Assembly: GCF_036321535.1 (NCBI RefSeq)
Contig: NC_087437.1
Location: 26,972,001-27,036,000, forward strand
Direction: 5' to 3'
DNA: 64,000 bases
From: Camelus dromedarius
Taxonomy: Eukaryota
The notes under the pieces are model-generated. The model was given only the letters and a program-made list of their open reading frames with translations, was not told the origin of the DNA and searched no databases. Below are positions 38,317 to 51,199 of this stretch, piece by piece (positions within the stretch are counted from its first letter, which is position 1; every line of letters starts with the position of its first letter). The translations under genes and the position numbers were made by a program.

Positions 38317-40430
38317 GTAGAAATAAGACTCTGTGTTAAAGCTTTTGTGCTGCACTTCTTTGGGGTATGCAGTCTCCAGGCAGTAGGAATGAGGGGGAAA
38401 ACGGAAATGAGATAAGGAAAACGTGAAAGCAAATACAGCATAGAGTGCTCTGAGCTGATGAGAGTCACAAAATACAGCCAGGTTGCTTGGTCATGCAGAA
38501 TCCTCCAGAGAGGTTATGTGGAACCACTGTGCTCCAGAACAATCTGTTGTGAAGAGGAAGGGTAAGAAAGTGATCTGCAGCCAGAGCCTCTTTCCGTCTG
38601 CTTGGGTTGAATCTGAGTGCCAGTGACCCTCTTCCTTCTACTGCAGTAGGCATAACGGAAGCTGTGCTGAAATGTGGCCCTCATTCCTGGGGAGTCTGAG
38701 ACAACCAGAGGTGTTGGGAGATGAGGTGGCCGGTCTCTTCATTAAATAGCTGACGCCTGGGAGAAGGAAGGGCTGAGTGAGTCTGAGGAGGCACATAGCA
38801 AGTCCAGTGCAATCTCAGCATCGCTCAGAGTAGAACAAGGAGACGGTATGTGTCTCCTGATGAGTTGCCATAGGAACTACATGGTACTTACCTTCTTATG
38901 AAAATTTAAAAAAACCTGATTCTGATCAGGCTTTTAGATGAATGGTTCTTAAATTTGGCTGCACATTTGAAGGACCTGGGGAACTTTAAAAAAAAACCCA
39001 AATATCCAAGTATTGGATATTAAGTGATAGTAATTAACTGTTGTTACTTTTGTGAGTTGAAGTGACATGGTGGTGATTATGTTTTTTTAAAATGTCCTCA
39101 TTAGAATTGCCGGGACATGTGCACTCAGGCCGAGGGGGCTTGATTTCTGAACTCTGGGAATTATTGTGTGCAGCAGGCCACCTGTAGGGACTCACTGGTC
39201 CCCGATCCTCACTCCGTGTCACAGTGCAAGCAGGCCAAGCTCCAGCACGTCAGCTCTGAGGAACCACATCCTGAGCATAGGAGTTTGCCAAGGTGGCCCT
39301 GGAAGTGGAAAGGGAGCCAGCTTCAGAACTAGATAATTATGTTCCAAAACCAGATTGTTTTTCCACTGACAGCAGTGATGCCCAAAAAGCCTGTCACAGC
39401 TTTTCCCTCAGGGTCTAAGGAACATACAGCGACCCTTGGGGAGAGGAGGTTCAACTGTTGCTATACAGGTTGCCACTTCAGAACTGTTGGCAGCATGAAA
39501 GATTTGGATCACCATCTAAGAATCCACATGAAGAATGGAGGCAGGTATAGATTAGGCTATGATGACAGTGTCAATCTCAGTGCCCACTGAAAACCATTCT
39601 ACTCATCCTTATGTCCCCCAGAGTCAGTGGTAGCTCTGCCCCTTGTGGCCTTCTCTCCAGGACCTAGCAGGTGGAGTGGCCTCTGTCTGGAACATGCCAG
39701 ATAAAGGCGTTCTTGACCTTTTTTCTGACAATTCTGTGAAGCTTATGGACCCTTCCCAGAACAATGTTTTTAAATATAATAAAATCACATTAAACTATAT
39801 TTAAGTACAATTGCTAAAAATAAGCCTCATCAGTTAGAGATGCACACTGAAGTGTAGAGGTATAAAGTGATATGACATCTAGTTTTGCTTTATAATATTC
39901 TGGTATTAAGTGAAAAAAATAGGGAGTAGATTAAAGGAAATTGGCTACAAGTTCATAATTATTTAATCTTGGTGGTAGGTGCATGGGTAGGTTACCATAT
40001 TTTATCTCTATTTTTGTGTATATTTGAAATTTTTTGTTCAAATGATTGTACCAGAAGAAGATAGACAAAATTTTCCAATTGCTGAGATTAAGAAAATAAC
40101 GGACTTCTGGATACTGCAGTCTAAGAGCTTACCTTCAATCTTAAACATAATTCTAGAATGAGTTATTAAAAGGACAGTTTATAATCATTAAGATAAGGGG
40201 ATGATTATTAGAGTTAAAATGCGATTGCTAAGAGTAGACTGTTTCAAATTTATTTCCTTTCTGAGTAGAATTTCCAGACACATCAGAATAGAACTATAAA
40301 CATGATTTTACCAGAGTATCTGAAAAATGAGAAAGTCTTTTGTTAGATGATAATAATGGCAGAGTTGTCATTGGTTAAGAGCTGTGAATTCAGCTGATTA
40401 ATCAGTTGATTTTAGTTTGAGGGAAGTACT

Positions 40431-41181
40431 TTTTTTTTCCTTTTTCTGTTTTATTAGTTAGAATTATTGCAGTTCGACTGCACATACACATTATATTGCA
40501 TGTAAATACATATATACAGTATCCTGCATATTTTTTTTAGTTTACATGTATATACTAATTATTGTTTCTAAGAACAGATAAGAGCTTTAGCTTTTTAAAC
40601 TTACATAGTTATCAAAGGAATAAAGCCAACGACAAAATAAAAATCAATAGAATGTGGTAATCCAATCATAAAGGACAGTCAAATGTGCTTACACATATTC
40701 AAGAAATCAATCATCTTAGTTATAAATAATAAGTAGTTCATTTGTGTCCTTATTATTATTGTTATTATTGTTTAGATTCCTTATATAAAAAACATCATAT
40801 GGCATTTTTTTTTCTCTTTCCGGCACACTTCACTTAGAATGACAATCTTCAGGTCCATCCATATTGCTGCAAATTGCATTATTTTATTCTTTTTTATAGC
40901 GGAGTAGTGTTCCATTGTATATATGTACCACATCTTCTTTATCCAGTCATCTGTTGATGGACATTTGGGTTGTTTCCATGTCTTGGCTATCATAAATAGT
41001 GCTGCTGTGAACATTGGGGTACATGTGTCTTTTTGAATTTTATTTTTCTCCGGATATATGCCCAGGAGTGGGATTGCCGGATCACATGGTAAGTCAATTT
41101 TCAGTTTTTTAAGGAACTTCCATACTGTCCTCCATAGTGGCTGCACCAGTCTACACTCCCACCAACAGTGTAGGAGGGTTC
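40431..41181 (-). mobile_element. L1 ORF2-end fragment joined to about 300 nt of atypical 3' sequence with its own AATAAA and poly-A
   Basis: ORF 40781-41146 is the ORF2 C-terminus; TSD TTGAGGGAAG(T/G)ACT at 40417-40430 and 41182-41195. Confidence 0.85.
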
Positions 41182-42351
41182 TTGAGGGAAGGACTACTGG
41201 TGAACCACAGAGACTTGTTCAGAGGTCATCCAACATTATAATTAATTTAGATGCTAGCTTAGATTGACATTTTATAATTTAAATATTACATAAATCTGGA
41301 AGGAATGACAAATATTTTAAAAGAGAAAATAAAGATGTAAGTAGATCTCAGTAGGCTGGAATAATAGGCCAACACATGAGTAGAATTTAATAAGAATAAT
41401 TGTAAAATTCTGCCTTAAGTTTCAGAAATGAGTTGCACAAGTATAGGATGGACACCTTGATCATAGTTGTTTGTGTGAGAGAGGAAAAAAATGTTTCAGT
41501 AACTACACAAGGATAAACTACCATTATCTTGTGTTAATGTCATCTTCAGATGAATTAATGCAAAAATAGTGTCCAATTTAAGAAGGGTATATTGGTCAAT
41601 TCTCAGTGCATTATTATTTAACAATTCAAATATTTATTAGCCACAAAGTTCTGATCTAATGTCATGACTACACGTAAGGTCATTTACATGTACGAACCCA
41701 CACATTTCTGTTTGGATCTTCGTTACGACTAGAACACGTACTGGGAGTAGCTATCTCCAGTTGGGAAATACAGTACTTAGAATTTTGATCATTTGTTAGA
41801 AGATTGCCGAGAAGTCCGATTTCCACAAGTCAGTTTTTGTCCAGAATCCTGCATCTACATTTACTTAATGTGAAGATCCTCTTATTGTTGTTAAATTTTC
41901 TTTCTCTACACATGAGAAATTGATGGAAGGTCTATGTCCTTCAAATCCAGGGGTCCTTGTTGCCAGGTGAGGATATTCTATCCACCATTATTTTGTTATG
42001 CAGGTGGTCTGGGAAATTCTTCATAAACTCCCCCTGTTGAAATCCTTCAGCCTTCTCGAGGTCAGGACTGACAGTTGGTAACCTCCACATTCGCTAGTTA
42101 TGCACACAAAAGAGCTCTTTTTCTTACTTAAGATTGATCTGTTGGTATAAAATCAATCTCCAGCTTACTTTACAGTGATAGTTGGCACTGCACTTTAAGA
42201 GGAAAAGTATTTTGGTGGACTAAATCATTTTTTAATTATTTTCTAATATTTATGTAAGTTTTTAGTCATTAAATTAATAGCAAGATTTTTTAATCAGATT
42301 TTTTAGAAAAGGATTATTGCTTATTAATTTAAACTTTCTTCTTATTTTCAG

Positions 42352-42426
42352 GGAATCTGGGAAAAATTGCAAAGTCTATTCCTTTAGTAAGGATGGAACC
42401 TTGTTTGCCTGGAGCAATGGAGAAAA
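42352..42426 (+). CDS. EIF2A: EIF2A exon 3 (75 nt): ESGKNCKVYSFSKDGTLFAWSNGEK
   Basis: ttttcag acceptor, gttagt donor, phase consistent. Confidence 0.95.
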
Positions 42427-45057
42427 GTTAGTGTTCATTTATATAACATTTTATGTGCCTGTCTTGAATATAAAATATAACTGACATTATTTGAATATAA
42501 CATGTAGTTGGGTGTCATTAATAAACTATGTCTTTTAATATCTTGGTGGGGTTAGGTATTATCTCCAACATAACTTCTATAGAACACCTTGAAAGGTGTT
42601 AGTTTATATTTATGTGCTATGACTTAGTTGAGTTATTTAGTACCTAGAATTAAAAGGTAACATGAAAAAGTACAATTAATTTAATGCTAAAGAAGCTGAG
42701 AGGTGGTTTTAAATAGTGCTCTAAGTTATTGGTTAGGGTTTCTTAAATTCTGCACTAACATTTAGAGAATAATTCTTTTTGCTTGTTTACCTTAGATTTA
42801 GATACTTTGTCTTTACTGTTAAGTTAGTAACAAATGTCTATATTTATTGCTGTTAGTTTTATTGTGTATAATGGCAATATCATCTAAGTATTTTATAACT
42901 TATTCAAATGTATGTTTTGTATGGTCTATATTACATAAAATAATCAGATTACAAAATTGGTCTTGCAGAAAATAAGTATGTTGATTAAATGCTCATAATT
43001 TCACTTAGAAAACCAATCCTTTTCAGTTTTTCCATAGTCACTACATTTCAGTTCACAGAACCAAGAAAATGCCCAAATATTTGTTGCTTAATTTAAAGTT
43101 CTTTTTGTTTTTGTTTTTGTTTTTAGCCAGATAAAGTATCTTAGACTTTTAAAAAGGAGAGAATGCATACATCAGTTTGAAAAATACATTTTACATGTTT
43201 ATTACACAGCAGTAACGTAGTCTTAGATCTTTCAACTATTAAGTCAGATTGGATTAAACACCTGATTTTTAAAAATGCTAAAAAGATTGTTGAACTAGTT
43301 GATTCACTTTTTATTACTAAAGTAGCTAGCAGAATTAACTTTTAAAATTAAAAAGATTTATCAGTTTTTTAAATTTTTTGAAAGTTATTGAATCTAACCA
43401 ATAAACTACTACTCTCAGATTATTAAGAATATAATTATATTGGGTCTTATCTACAATGTTAACAGACAATCTTAATCTCAGCCTCAAAGAAAGGATGCAC
43501 TCTCAATTTTTCTTATTTCTGTAAATGTACCCTATTGTGGATATTTGGGTTTTCATTTTTTAATACATATTTTAGTTTATACTATTTTTGAATCATGAGT
43601 TGGTAAAAATTTACTACCTAATAGGACATACCATACGTCTTTTCATTATCTGTTATCTTTTTTGAGGTATCTGTTATTCTACAACTTGGAGTTTAATAGG
43701 TCTGTTTTCATTTTGGCAATTATTATTAATTATTTTATATACTTCATTTGTATCTTCTCTTGGCATTCTATTGAACTCAACTCTGTCCTTTTATATGTCC
43801 CCGTATGTTGTGTTTATCCTCTTAATAGATTTTTTTTTACCTGGGTCCTAGCATTTATTTCCCTAAGGATCTGAGGCCACAACAATACATGTTATTCCTA
43901 GGGCAAGAGAAGCAGGTGTCAAGTATTGACTGTGCTATTTGCTGAGTTCATGGTTAATTAAATCTGAAGCTATAACTGATTTTTCCTTAAGTATGTATTT
44001 TTTTTTAGTTAAAATAAATGCCCTTCATTAAACTAAGAATAACTATTAAAGATTATCAACAACAACAAAAAAGAAAGCTTCATGTAATTCTAAAATATAT
44101 CATTTACAGTTAAGTTGTAAAGAATCTATAGTTGTAAGCATATGTGGGGGGGGGGTGTCTTTAAACAATACGTAGTAATTGTGCTTATCAGTTTCTGCAT
44201 ATCCTAACCCAGTGTCCTCAAACTTAAGTTGAACAAAGTAACTGTAAGCAATTTCTGGAATGAAATGGAGTTTTGTTTTGTTTTTTGCCCCCTAAAGAGT
44301 ACATAACAACAAGTCAGGCTAAACAGGTTTCAAAGCTTTGCTATGGAATTTATTAGTAGAATGATCTTGGGCAAATCTTAAGCTTATTTAAGTTTTCTAA
44401 GCTTCAGTTTTACCATTTGTAAAATGGAGATGATAATATCTATCTTATAAAACTGTTATGAGGATTAAGTGAGGAAATGTACATAAGGTGGTCAAACCAG
44501 AACATGATACATAGAAAACATCCCCCAAAATGGAAACTACTTTTTTATACAATGTTGTCATTTCTGTCATTATTGTACCATGGTGATTCTTAGTCATATC
44601 TTTTGGAGACTACTGCTGAAATTTTAATAAAACATCAAAAGTCTACTTGCTGATTTTTCTAGCTGCTAGTTTCCATTTACTCAGATTTAAAAATATACTT
44701 TTCCTTTAGCACGTCTGTTTTCTCTTGGGTTTGACAGCCCTCGGCTTGTCTGTAGGTTTGCTCTGTGTTCATGTAAAGGCCTGTTGTTTCCTCTTCAGCT
44801 GAAGATGGAATCATCTCTTCTACCTTTCTGCTAATTCTGTATTATTTCCCAGCACTAGCCTTTTATGGGGGCCTTTTGGCAAAATGTACATTTTTTAAAG
44901 TGTTTATTGGATATTTTCTAGAACTAACTGAAAATTGATTTTTATGAAAAATGCACTTTAGAGTGATCTGTATTTGAAAAGAAGTATGAATGTTTTGGAT
45001 AGTGCTGGTTATTGTGAAACAATATTTCATTGCTGAAGTAATTTCTTTTGAAACCAG

Positions 45058-45176
45058 AATAAATGTTATCAATGTCACTACCAAGGGACTACTGCACTCC
45101 TTCGACCTTCCAAAGACAGTTTGCCTTGAGTTCTCGCCAAAAAACACTGTCCTGGCAACATGGCAGCCTTACACTA
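45058..45176 (+). CDS. EIF2A: EIF2A exon 4 (119 nt): INVINVTTKGLLHSFDLPKTVCLEFSPKNTVLATWQPYT
   Basis: cag/gtaagt boundaries, eIF2A peptide. Confidence 0.95.
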
Positions 45177-45260
45177 GTAAGTATTTCCCAGTTGTAACAA
45201 TATTCTGACAAGACCAAGTCAATTCAGTGGGGAAAAAAGAAGGTTATAAGAAAGTAATTA

Positions 45261-45379
45261 GGAGGGGAGGGTATAACTCAATGGTAGAGTGTGTGCTTAG
45301 CATGCATGAGGTCCTGGGTTTAATCCCCAGTACCCCTACTAAAAATAAATACATAAATAAATAAACCTAATCCCCCCAG
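45261..45379 (+). mobile_element. tRNA-derived SINE (Vic-1-like)
   Basis: GGGGAGGGTATAACTCAATGGTAGAG..GCTTAGCATGCATGAGGTCCTGGGTTTAATCCCC; TSD AAGAAA(G/A)TAATTA at 45248-45260 and 45380-45392. Confidence 0.88.
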
Positions 45380-46325
45380 AAGAAAATAATTAATCTTTAT
45401 GGTAGTAAATAGTGTTTATAAATATTTTTAATCAACAATGAATCTTGTATACCCCATATACAATATCCTTCAAGTAATTTCAAGGTATAGTAAGTTAATA
45501 AAAAGATCCATCATGAGATAGAGGGTAAAAAACTCAAGGGAAATTTTAGAAAGTAGATAACCACTAGATAGAGAAGATCTCAAAAATCAAGAACAATAAT
45601 GACCTTTAAAATGAAAAATCTTTTATATAATCATCATAAGTGGAGGAAGTACAGTAGACACATCTAAGAAATGTATATGCTATGAGAAAGAGTAGGAAAT
45701 AGTGTGCAGTTTAATAACACATTTAAAGATATAATAATATGAGCATTTTATATAGCTGTGCTTCATAGATGAGTAATAAAATATTGGGAACTGGTATAGG
45801 GGCTTATTTCAAGAAACATTTTGTAATAATGTGGATATTGTTGAATAGATATATGATAATAGTTCATTATTGGATTATAAACCTCCTGAGTTTGTTCTTC
45901 CAAGAGGCACAGATTCTAATGAATTTTATTTTTCCAAGTAAATAAAAGGGAAATTGAGAATCAATTGAGAATTATGAGTGGTTTTATATAACTTTTTTTC
46001 ATGTGTGTGACTTATAGACACAGCTTTTATAATAAGACACTTCAATCCATTTAACAGCAAACTTTGTTAAACTTCATAAATAAGAAATCCCTTAAGTATT
46101 CTTAAAATCTGTAGTAATTAACTCATTTTAGAAATACTAAACTTCTCAAATAGTTGTCATAGTATCATGGCTTTAGGAATGGATGATTAAATCCATAGTT
46201 AAAGCCAGAGAGGAAAGTTGATTTAAAGCAACTCTTTTATTTGATCTTTATAGTCCTTTTCAAATTTCTTGTAAGAATGAAACCCTTTTACTACTTTACT
46301 GCAAAAAAGTTTGTTTTTATGGCAG

Positions 46326-46425
46326 CTTCTAAAGATGATACAGCTGGGATACCCAACCTGCAACTTTATGATGTGAAAACTGGGACATGTCTGAAGTCTT
46401 TCATCCAGAAAAAAATGCAAAATTG
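46326..46425 (+). CDS. EIF2A: EIF2A exon 5 (100 nt): SKDDTAGIPNLQLYDVKTGTCLKSFIQKKMQNW
   Basis: cag/gtaaat boundaries, eIF2A peptide. Confidence 0.95.
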
Positions 46426-46782
46426 GTAAATAAATGCTTTAAAATACTAATTATTTTAAGATATTTTAAATATATTTATTGTATAATATTTGTTTCTCTG
46501 ATATTGATTTAGAAAATAATTTAGATAAAAATCTAGATCTTTAAGGATTTTGTATATAGGAATGTAATATAGTAAAAAACATCATCTTAACTTTTGTTTA
46601 GTGTTTGAATGAAAAGGGACAGTGTTTTTTTATTACATACTCTGACTAAAACTATTAGTAACTGACTTGACATCATAAGTATTTTTCCTTAAATAGTAAA
46701 CAGAATTGCAAACTTTAATGTTTTAACATATGATGTTATATTCTATTAAAATTTTTTTTTATATTCTTTTTTTTCAATGTAG

Positions 46783-47075
46783 GTGTCCATCCTGGTCAGA
46801 AGATGAAACTCTTTGTGCCCGAAATGTTAACANNNNNNNNNNNNNNNNNNNNNNNNNNNNNNNNNNNNNNNNNNNNNNNNNNNNNNNNNNNNNNNNNNNN
46901 NNNNNNNNNNNNNNNNNNNNNNNNNNNNNNNNNNNNNNNNNNNNNNNNNNNNNNNNNNNNNNNNNNNNNNNNNNNNNNNNNNNNNNNNNNNNNNNNNNNN
47001 NNNNNNNNNNNNNNNNNNNNNNNNNNNNNNNNAATGTTAACAATGAAGTTCATTTCTTTGAAAACAACAATTTTA
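46783..47075 (+). CDS. EIF2A: EIF2A exon 6 (83 nt after removing the gap and 10-bp overlap): CPSWSEDETLCARNVNNEVHFFENNNF
   Basis: tag/gtatgg boundaries; interrupted by 200 N at 46833-47032 with duplicated AATGTTAACA. Confidence 0.93.
46833..47032. other. Assembly gap (200 N)
   Basis: Run of N. Confidence 1.
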
Positions 47076-47359
47076 GTATGGAAAGAGTTATGAAATAATT
47101 TTATTATTTACTATAAATATGTCCAGTTTTTATTGCTTTTTATGGCATCATATGGTTCTCCTAAATACTGTTAATATATTAATAATTGCTGTTACAATAA
47201 TTCATTTAAGTAACTAAGTCTAAATGCTAGTAAAATATTGTAACACAAAGATTTTCTTTTATAATAACTGTTTGCTGTCTAATAACTACTGTTAAATTAA
47301 GACATTTGAATACCTCTTTCTGAGTTTAGTCTACTGAAATTCTGAGATACAAATTTTAA

Positions 47360-48790
47360 AATATTTTATTGTGTAGAATTTCAGACACAAAAGTACATAC
47401 CTAGTCCCAATAATCATCAGCGCATTGCCAGTTCTACCTCATCCTCACATCTAGCCACCTACCATCTCTTCCCTGCTGAAGCAAATGATAGACATCATAT
47501 AATTTTATCTGGAAATATTTCAGTATGTATCTCTGAAGGTTAGGGCTCTTAATTTAAAAAAAAACAAACTTGGCCACAATTCCATTATCACAGGTTATAA
47601 AATATCTGGTCAGTGTTCAAATTTCTAATAATTGCAGTTGTTACCTATATATATTTTTAAACTCAGGATCCAGATGAGGTCCTTCACGTTTTAATTGATT
47701 TATATATCTTTTAAGTTTCTTTAAGCTATAGATTTCCTCTCCATTTTTCCCCCTTTGCAATTTATTATTTAAGAGACAAGATTACTTGTCTTATATATTT
47801 TACCGTAGTTTGAATTTTGCTATTCTATAATTCTATCCCATTCTGTAATTTAACATGTTCATTTCCCTCCTATAAATAGCTCTTTGGATCTAGAGTTGGT
47901 CAGCTTTAAGGTTTTGTTTTGTTTTCTTTTTTGGCAGTGGTGGGGAGATGAGGAAGCACATAATTTCTATTATTTTTAATTTTATATGGCTAGCTGGCAT
48001 TAATGTTTCATGCTTAGATCCATTATTTCATGAGTGTTGTAAATGGTGATTAACATAGTTTTCCTCCTCCTCCTCTCATTTATTAGCTCTGCTACCTCTA
48101 CAGAGAGAAATTCCCGCATCTGCTATTTGGTTACCTAGTGATACCATTTATATGGGAAAGGCAAGATATTCTTCCCCTTTATCACTTTTAATAAAATGAA
48201 TTCTTTCTCTAGCAATCTTTATTGCAAGTAATTAGTACCCCCCCAATCTTATGAACTATGAATTTAAACATACATGATGTGTTTCAATCCATTTTAATTA
48301 TTACTCTTATTGATGCTTAAATTGTCCCATCATTGGTCAGTTAGTCTTTAGTGACTTCTTTGCCATATGGTAAAACAAGTTGTTCTAGCATTAGCTTGTA
48401 TGTTTCTTGCTGTACACCTAGAATCAGCCAGTTCTTCAAAATACTCTGCTCCCTTTTAGTGGAAAATGGTATTTAGAGACCACATTCTGGGTGTAGGGGG
48501 TTCTCATTGCTACTGTTTTGATCAGGCCTTTTTTTTCCCCTTTCTTATCTTATATATTTGTATTGCCTTTTGCCAGCACCAAGAATCTGGTTTTCTGAGA
48601 TACCAGGGGTGATAATTTGAGACCATCACATTCACATAATTACTCATTTACTTTGTTCTACATTGACCACATAGTATTCTTAGAATAGCAATACCAACAG
48701 TAACACCAATATCATGATTACTAAAAATAATTTAAAGAAGAAAGTTTTGCAGTTGCTTTTGTCCTTAGAGTATTTCATTAGTGACAGTAC
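47360..48790 (-). mobile_element. Old L1 (L1MC-like) 3' region
   Basis: Degraded L1MC-type motifs such as AGCAAAT..AGACATCATATAATTTTATC and GAATCAGCCA.TTCTTCAA; boundaries approximate. Confidence 0.55.
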
Positions 48791-48801
48791 ACTTTTCAGT
48801 T

Positions 48802-49283
48802 CAGATGGTCCCCAACTTAATGATGGTTAGACTTATGATTTTTCAACTTTATGGTGGTGTGAAATTGATAGGTATTCAGTACATACTGTACTTTGATTTT
48901 TGATGATTTCCTGGGCTAGGGACGTGCAGTATGATACACTTTTGTGATGCTGGCAGCAGCAGTGAGCCTCAGCTCCTAGTCAGTCATGTGATCACAAGGG
49001 TCAACAATTGATTTGCTTATAATCATTCTGGTCCCATAAAGCCATTATGTTTTTCAGTACAGTATTCAATAAATTACATGAGATACTCAACACTTTATTA
49101 TAAAATAGGCTTTGTGTTAAGTAGTTTCGCTCAACTATAGACTAATGTAAATTTCCAGAGCCATTGAAGGTAGGCGAGGCTGAACAGTGATGTTCACTAG
49201 ATTAGATGTATGAAACGCATTTTCAGCTTACAATATTTTCAACTTATTGGGATATAACCCCATCAATAAGCCGAGGAAGATCA
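48802..49283. mobile_element. TcMar-Tigger non-autonomous element (MER47-like)
   Basis: Termini CAGATGGTCCCCAACTTA.. and ..TAAGCCGAGGAAGATC; internal AATAAATTACATGAGATA.TCAACACTTTATTATAAAATAGGCTTTGTGTT. Confidence 0.75.
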
Positions 49284-50089
49284 GATTGGTAACTGTTCAC
49301 ACGTACCAAAGGTGGCATGCAGGCTGATTTTGAGCACCATCCAGACAATCATTATAGCTGTACACTACATTTTCATGCTTTTGAGACTTTTTTCTGCCCC
49401 ACTGTTTTGGGGTCCTCGCTGGCTTTTCTTACTTGCCTCTTCATGAATATGCCAAAAGAAGGGGGCTGCCAGGTTGGCAGCTTGGCATATTATTTTTGAA
49501 CAGCTGTTGATTTCTGAATTTGAACAAAGAGTAATTGTTGATCCCATTAACCAGGGGAGCAGAATTGTTCAAAACATGGGTTCTGATTGCCTGGCACAGA
49601 GTAAGCACTCGGTAAATATCACCCATTGTTACTATTGTTGTGATACCATTGTTATGGATCTATTTGTCACATTAGTTAATGGAATTTTCATACCCACATT
49701 CTACAGTAGCAGGCTAGGATCATCTGTCCCATCAAATGGGCTCTAAGACTATTTCAGAGATTGTAGGGAAGAGAAATGACATTTATTGAATACCTGCTGT
49801 GTGCCTGGTACTGTGCAATAGGAGTTAGGTATATAATGCCATTACTTGCCCAAGGTCACACAGTAGTTACTGAATAGGAGTTCAAGCATAAGTCTGTCTT
49901 GCTCCCACTCCATGCTTTTTCCACTATGTTGCTCTGCCTTACCTACATGGGACCATAATGAGCAGTATTCATGTATAGTTATATTAACCTTTTGTAATGC
50001 ATTCAGAATTTTACATATTTCTATTAGAAATTATTGATAATAACAGTATTATTTCTATTATTAATTTAAAACCATTTTACTTTTTTTAG

Positions 50090-50163
50090 ACACAATTGCA
50101 AATAAATTACATTTGAAAAAAATTAATGATTTTGTGTTATCACCTGGACCCCAGCCATACAAG
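50090..50163 (+). CDS. EIF2A: EIF2A exon 7 (74 nt): TIANKLHLKKINDFVLSPGPQPYK
   Basis: tttag/gtaact boundaries. Confidence 0.95.
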
Positions 50164-50302
50164 GTAACTTGCTAGTGTTTTTGTTTCTGTGGATTATTAT
50201 GATATCATGCTTTTTCCTAGTTTATAGTGACTCTAAAAATATGTCCCTCTTACTTTATATGCTTCAAAAAAACTAGTACTGATTCATGTCTGTGTGTCTC
50301 AG

Positions 50303-50447
50303 GTGGCTGTCTATGTTCCAGGAAGTAAGGGTGCACCATCATTTGTTAGATTATATCAGTACCCTAACTTTGACGGACCTCATGCAGCTTTGGCCAATAA
50401 AAGTTTCTTTAAGGCTGATAAGGTTACAATGCTGTGGAATAAAAAAG
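50303..50447 (+). CDS. EIF2A: EIF2A exon 8 (145 nt): VAVYVPGSKGAPSFVRLYQYP..KADKVTMLWNKK
   Basis: cag/gtatga boundaries. Confidence 0.96.
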
Positions 50448-50643
50448 GTATGATAAATATATTTTATCTCCCACTTTGTTTATCAAGTATTAATTTAGAT
50501 ATATATTCCTGTATGTATAGAAAAAAGTGTCAATGCTTATTTAATGAAACTTCACATGTGCTTTGTTGCATTTTTAAATATTTTTCTCATCACCATGAGG
50601 TTAATTTGTGTTTTAAATCTAATTGAAGTTTTTACTCCTCCAG

Positions 50644-50760
50644 CTACTGCTGTGTTGGTAATAGCTAGTACAGATGTTGACAAGACAGGAGCTTCCTACT
50701 ATGGGGAACAAACGCTGCACTACATCGCCACAAACGGAGAGAGTGCTGTGGTGCAATTAC
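50644..50760 (+). CDS. EIF2A: EIF2A exon 9 (117 nt): TAVLVIASTDVDKTGASYYGEQTLHYIATNGESAVVQL
   Basis: ccag/gtgagt boundaries; conserved SYYGE motif. Confidence 0.96.
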
Positions 50761-51199
50761 GTGAGTATTCCAGCGGTCTTTGGTGAAATCGATGTAGTAA
50801 GTAAGACTGCCATAAAGATGATACAGTCTAAATATTTGATCAGGTGATAGAACTCATCTATTTTAATCACCTTTAAAATAAAATCCCTCTTAATTAAGAA
50901 ACTTAAAATCGTTCTAAACATCATACCATATTTTGACAGAATCCAATTAGTTGCATTTTTGCAGGGAACTTGCTAAGTGAGGTAATTCCATTGTAGTAGC
51001 TCTTTGGGGACTATTTAACTAATTATGACAGCAAATAGTTCTACTGAGTTTAGCACTATCTTCAAGACTGAGGAATGTTACCACTTCATCTTTTGTTTTG
51101 ATGAATTAACTAAAATAATACAGTTTTAAAATTCTGGCAACTCCATAATTTTAAAATTTTGAATTGAATACATAAGTGTAAGATAACCCTTCTTTGAAA

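Noticed and set aside
39001..39021. Perfect hairpin AATATCCAA-GTA-TTGGATATT
   Set aside because: Short AT-rich 9-bp stem at the edge of a degraded repeat with nothing suggesting function
46730..47098. ORFs containing X runs
   Set aside because: Artefacts of the N gap; only the EIF2A exon 6 frame is real
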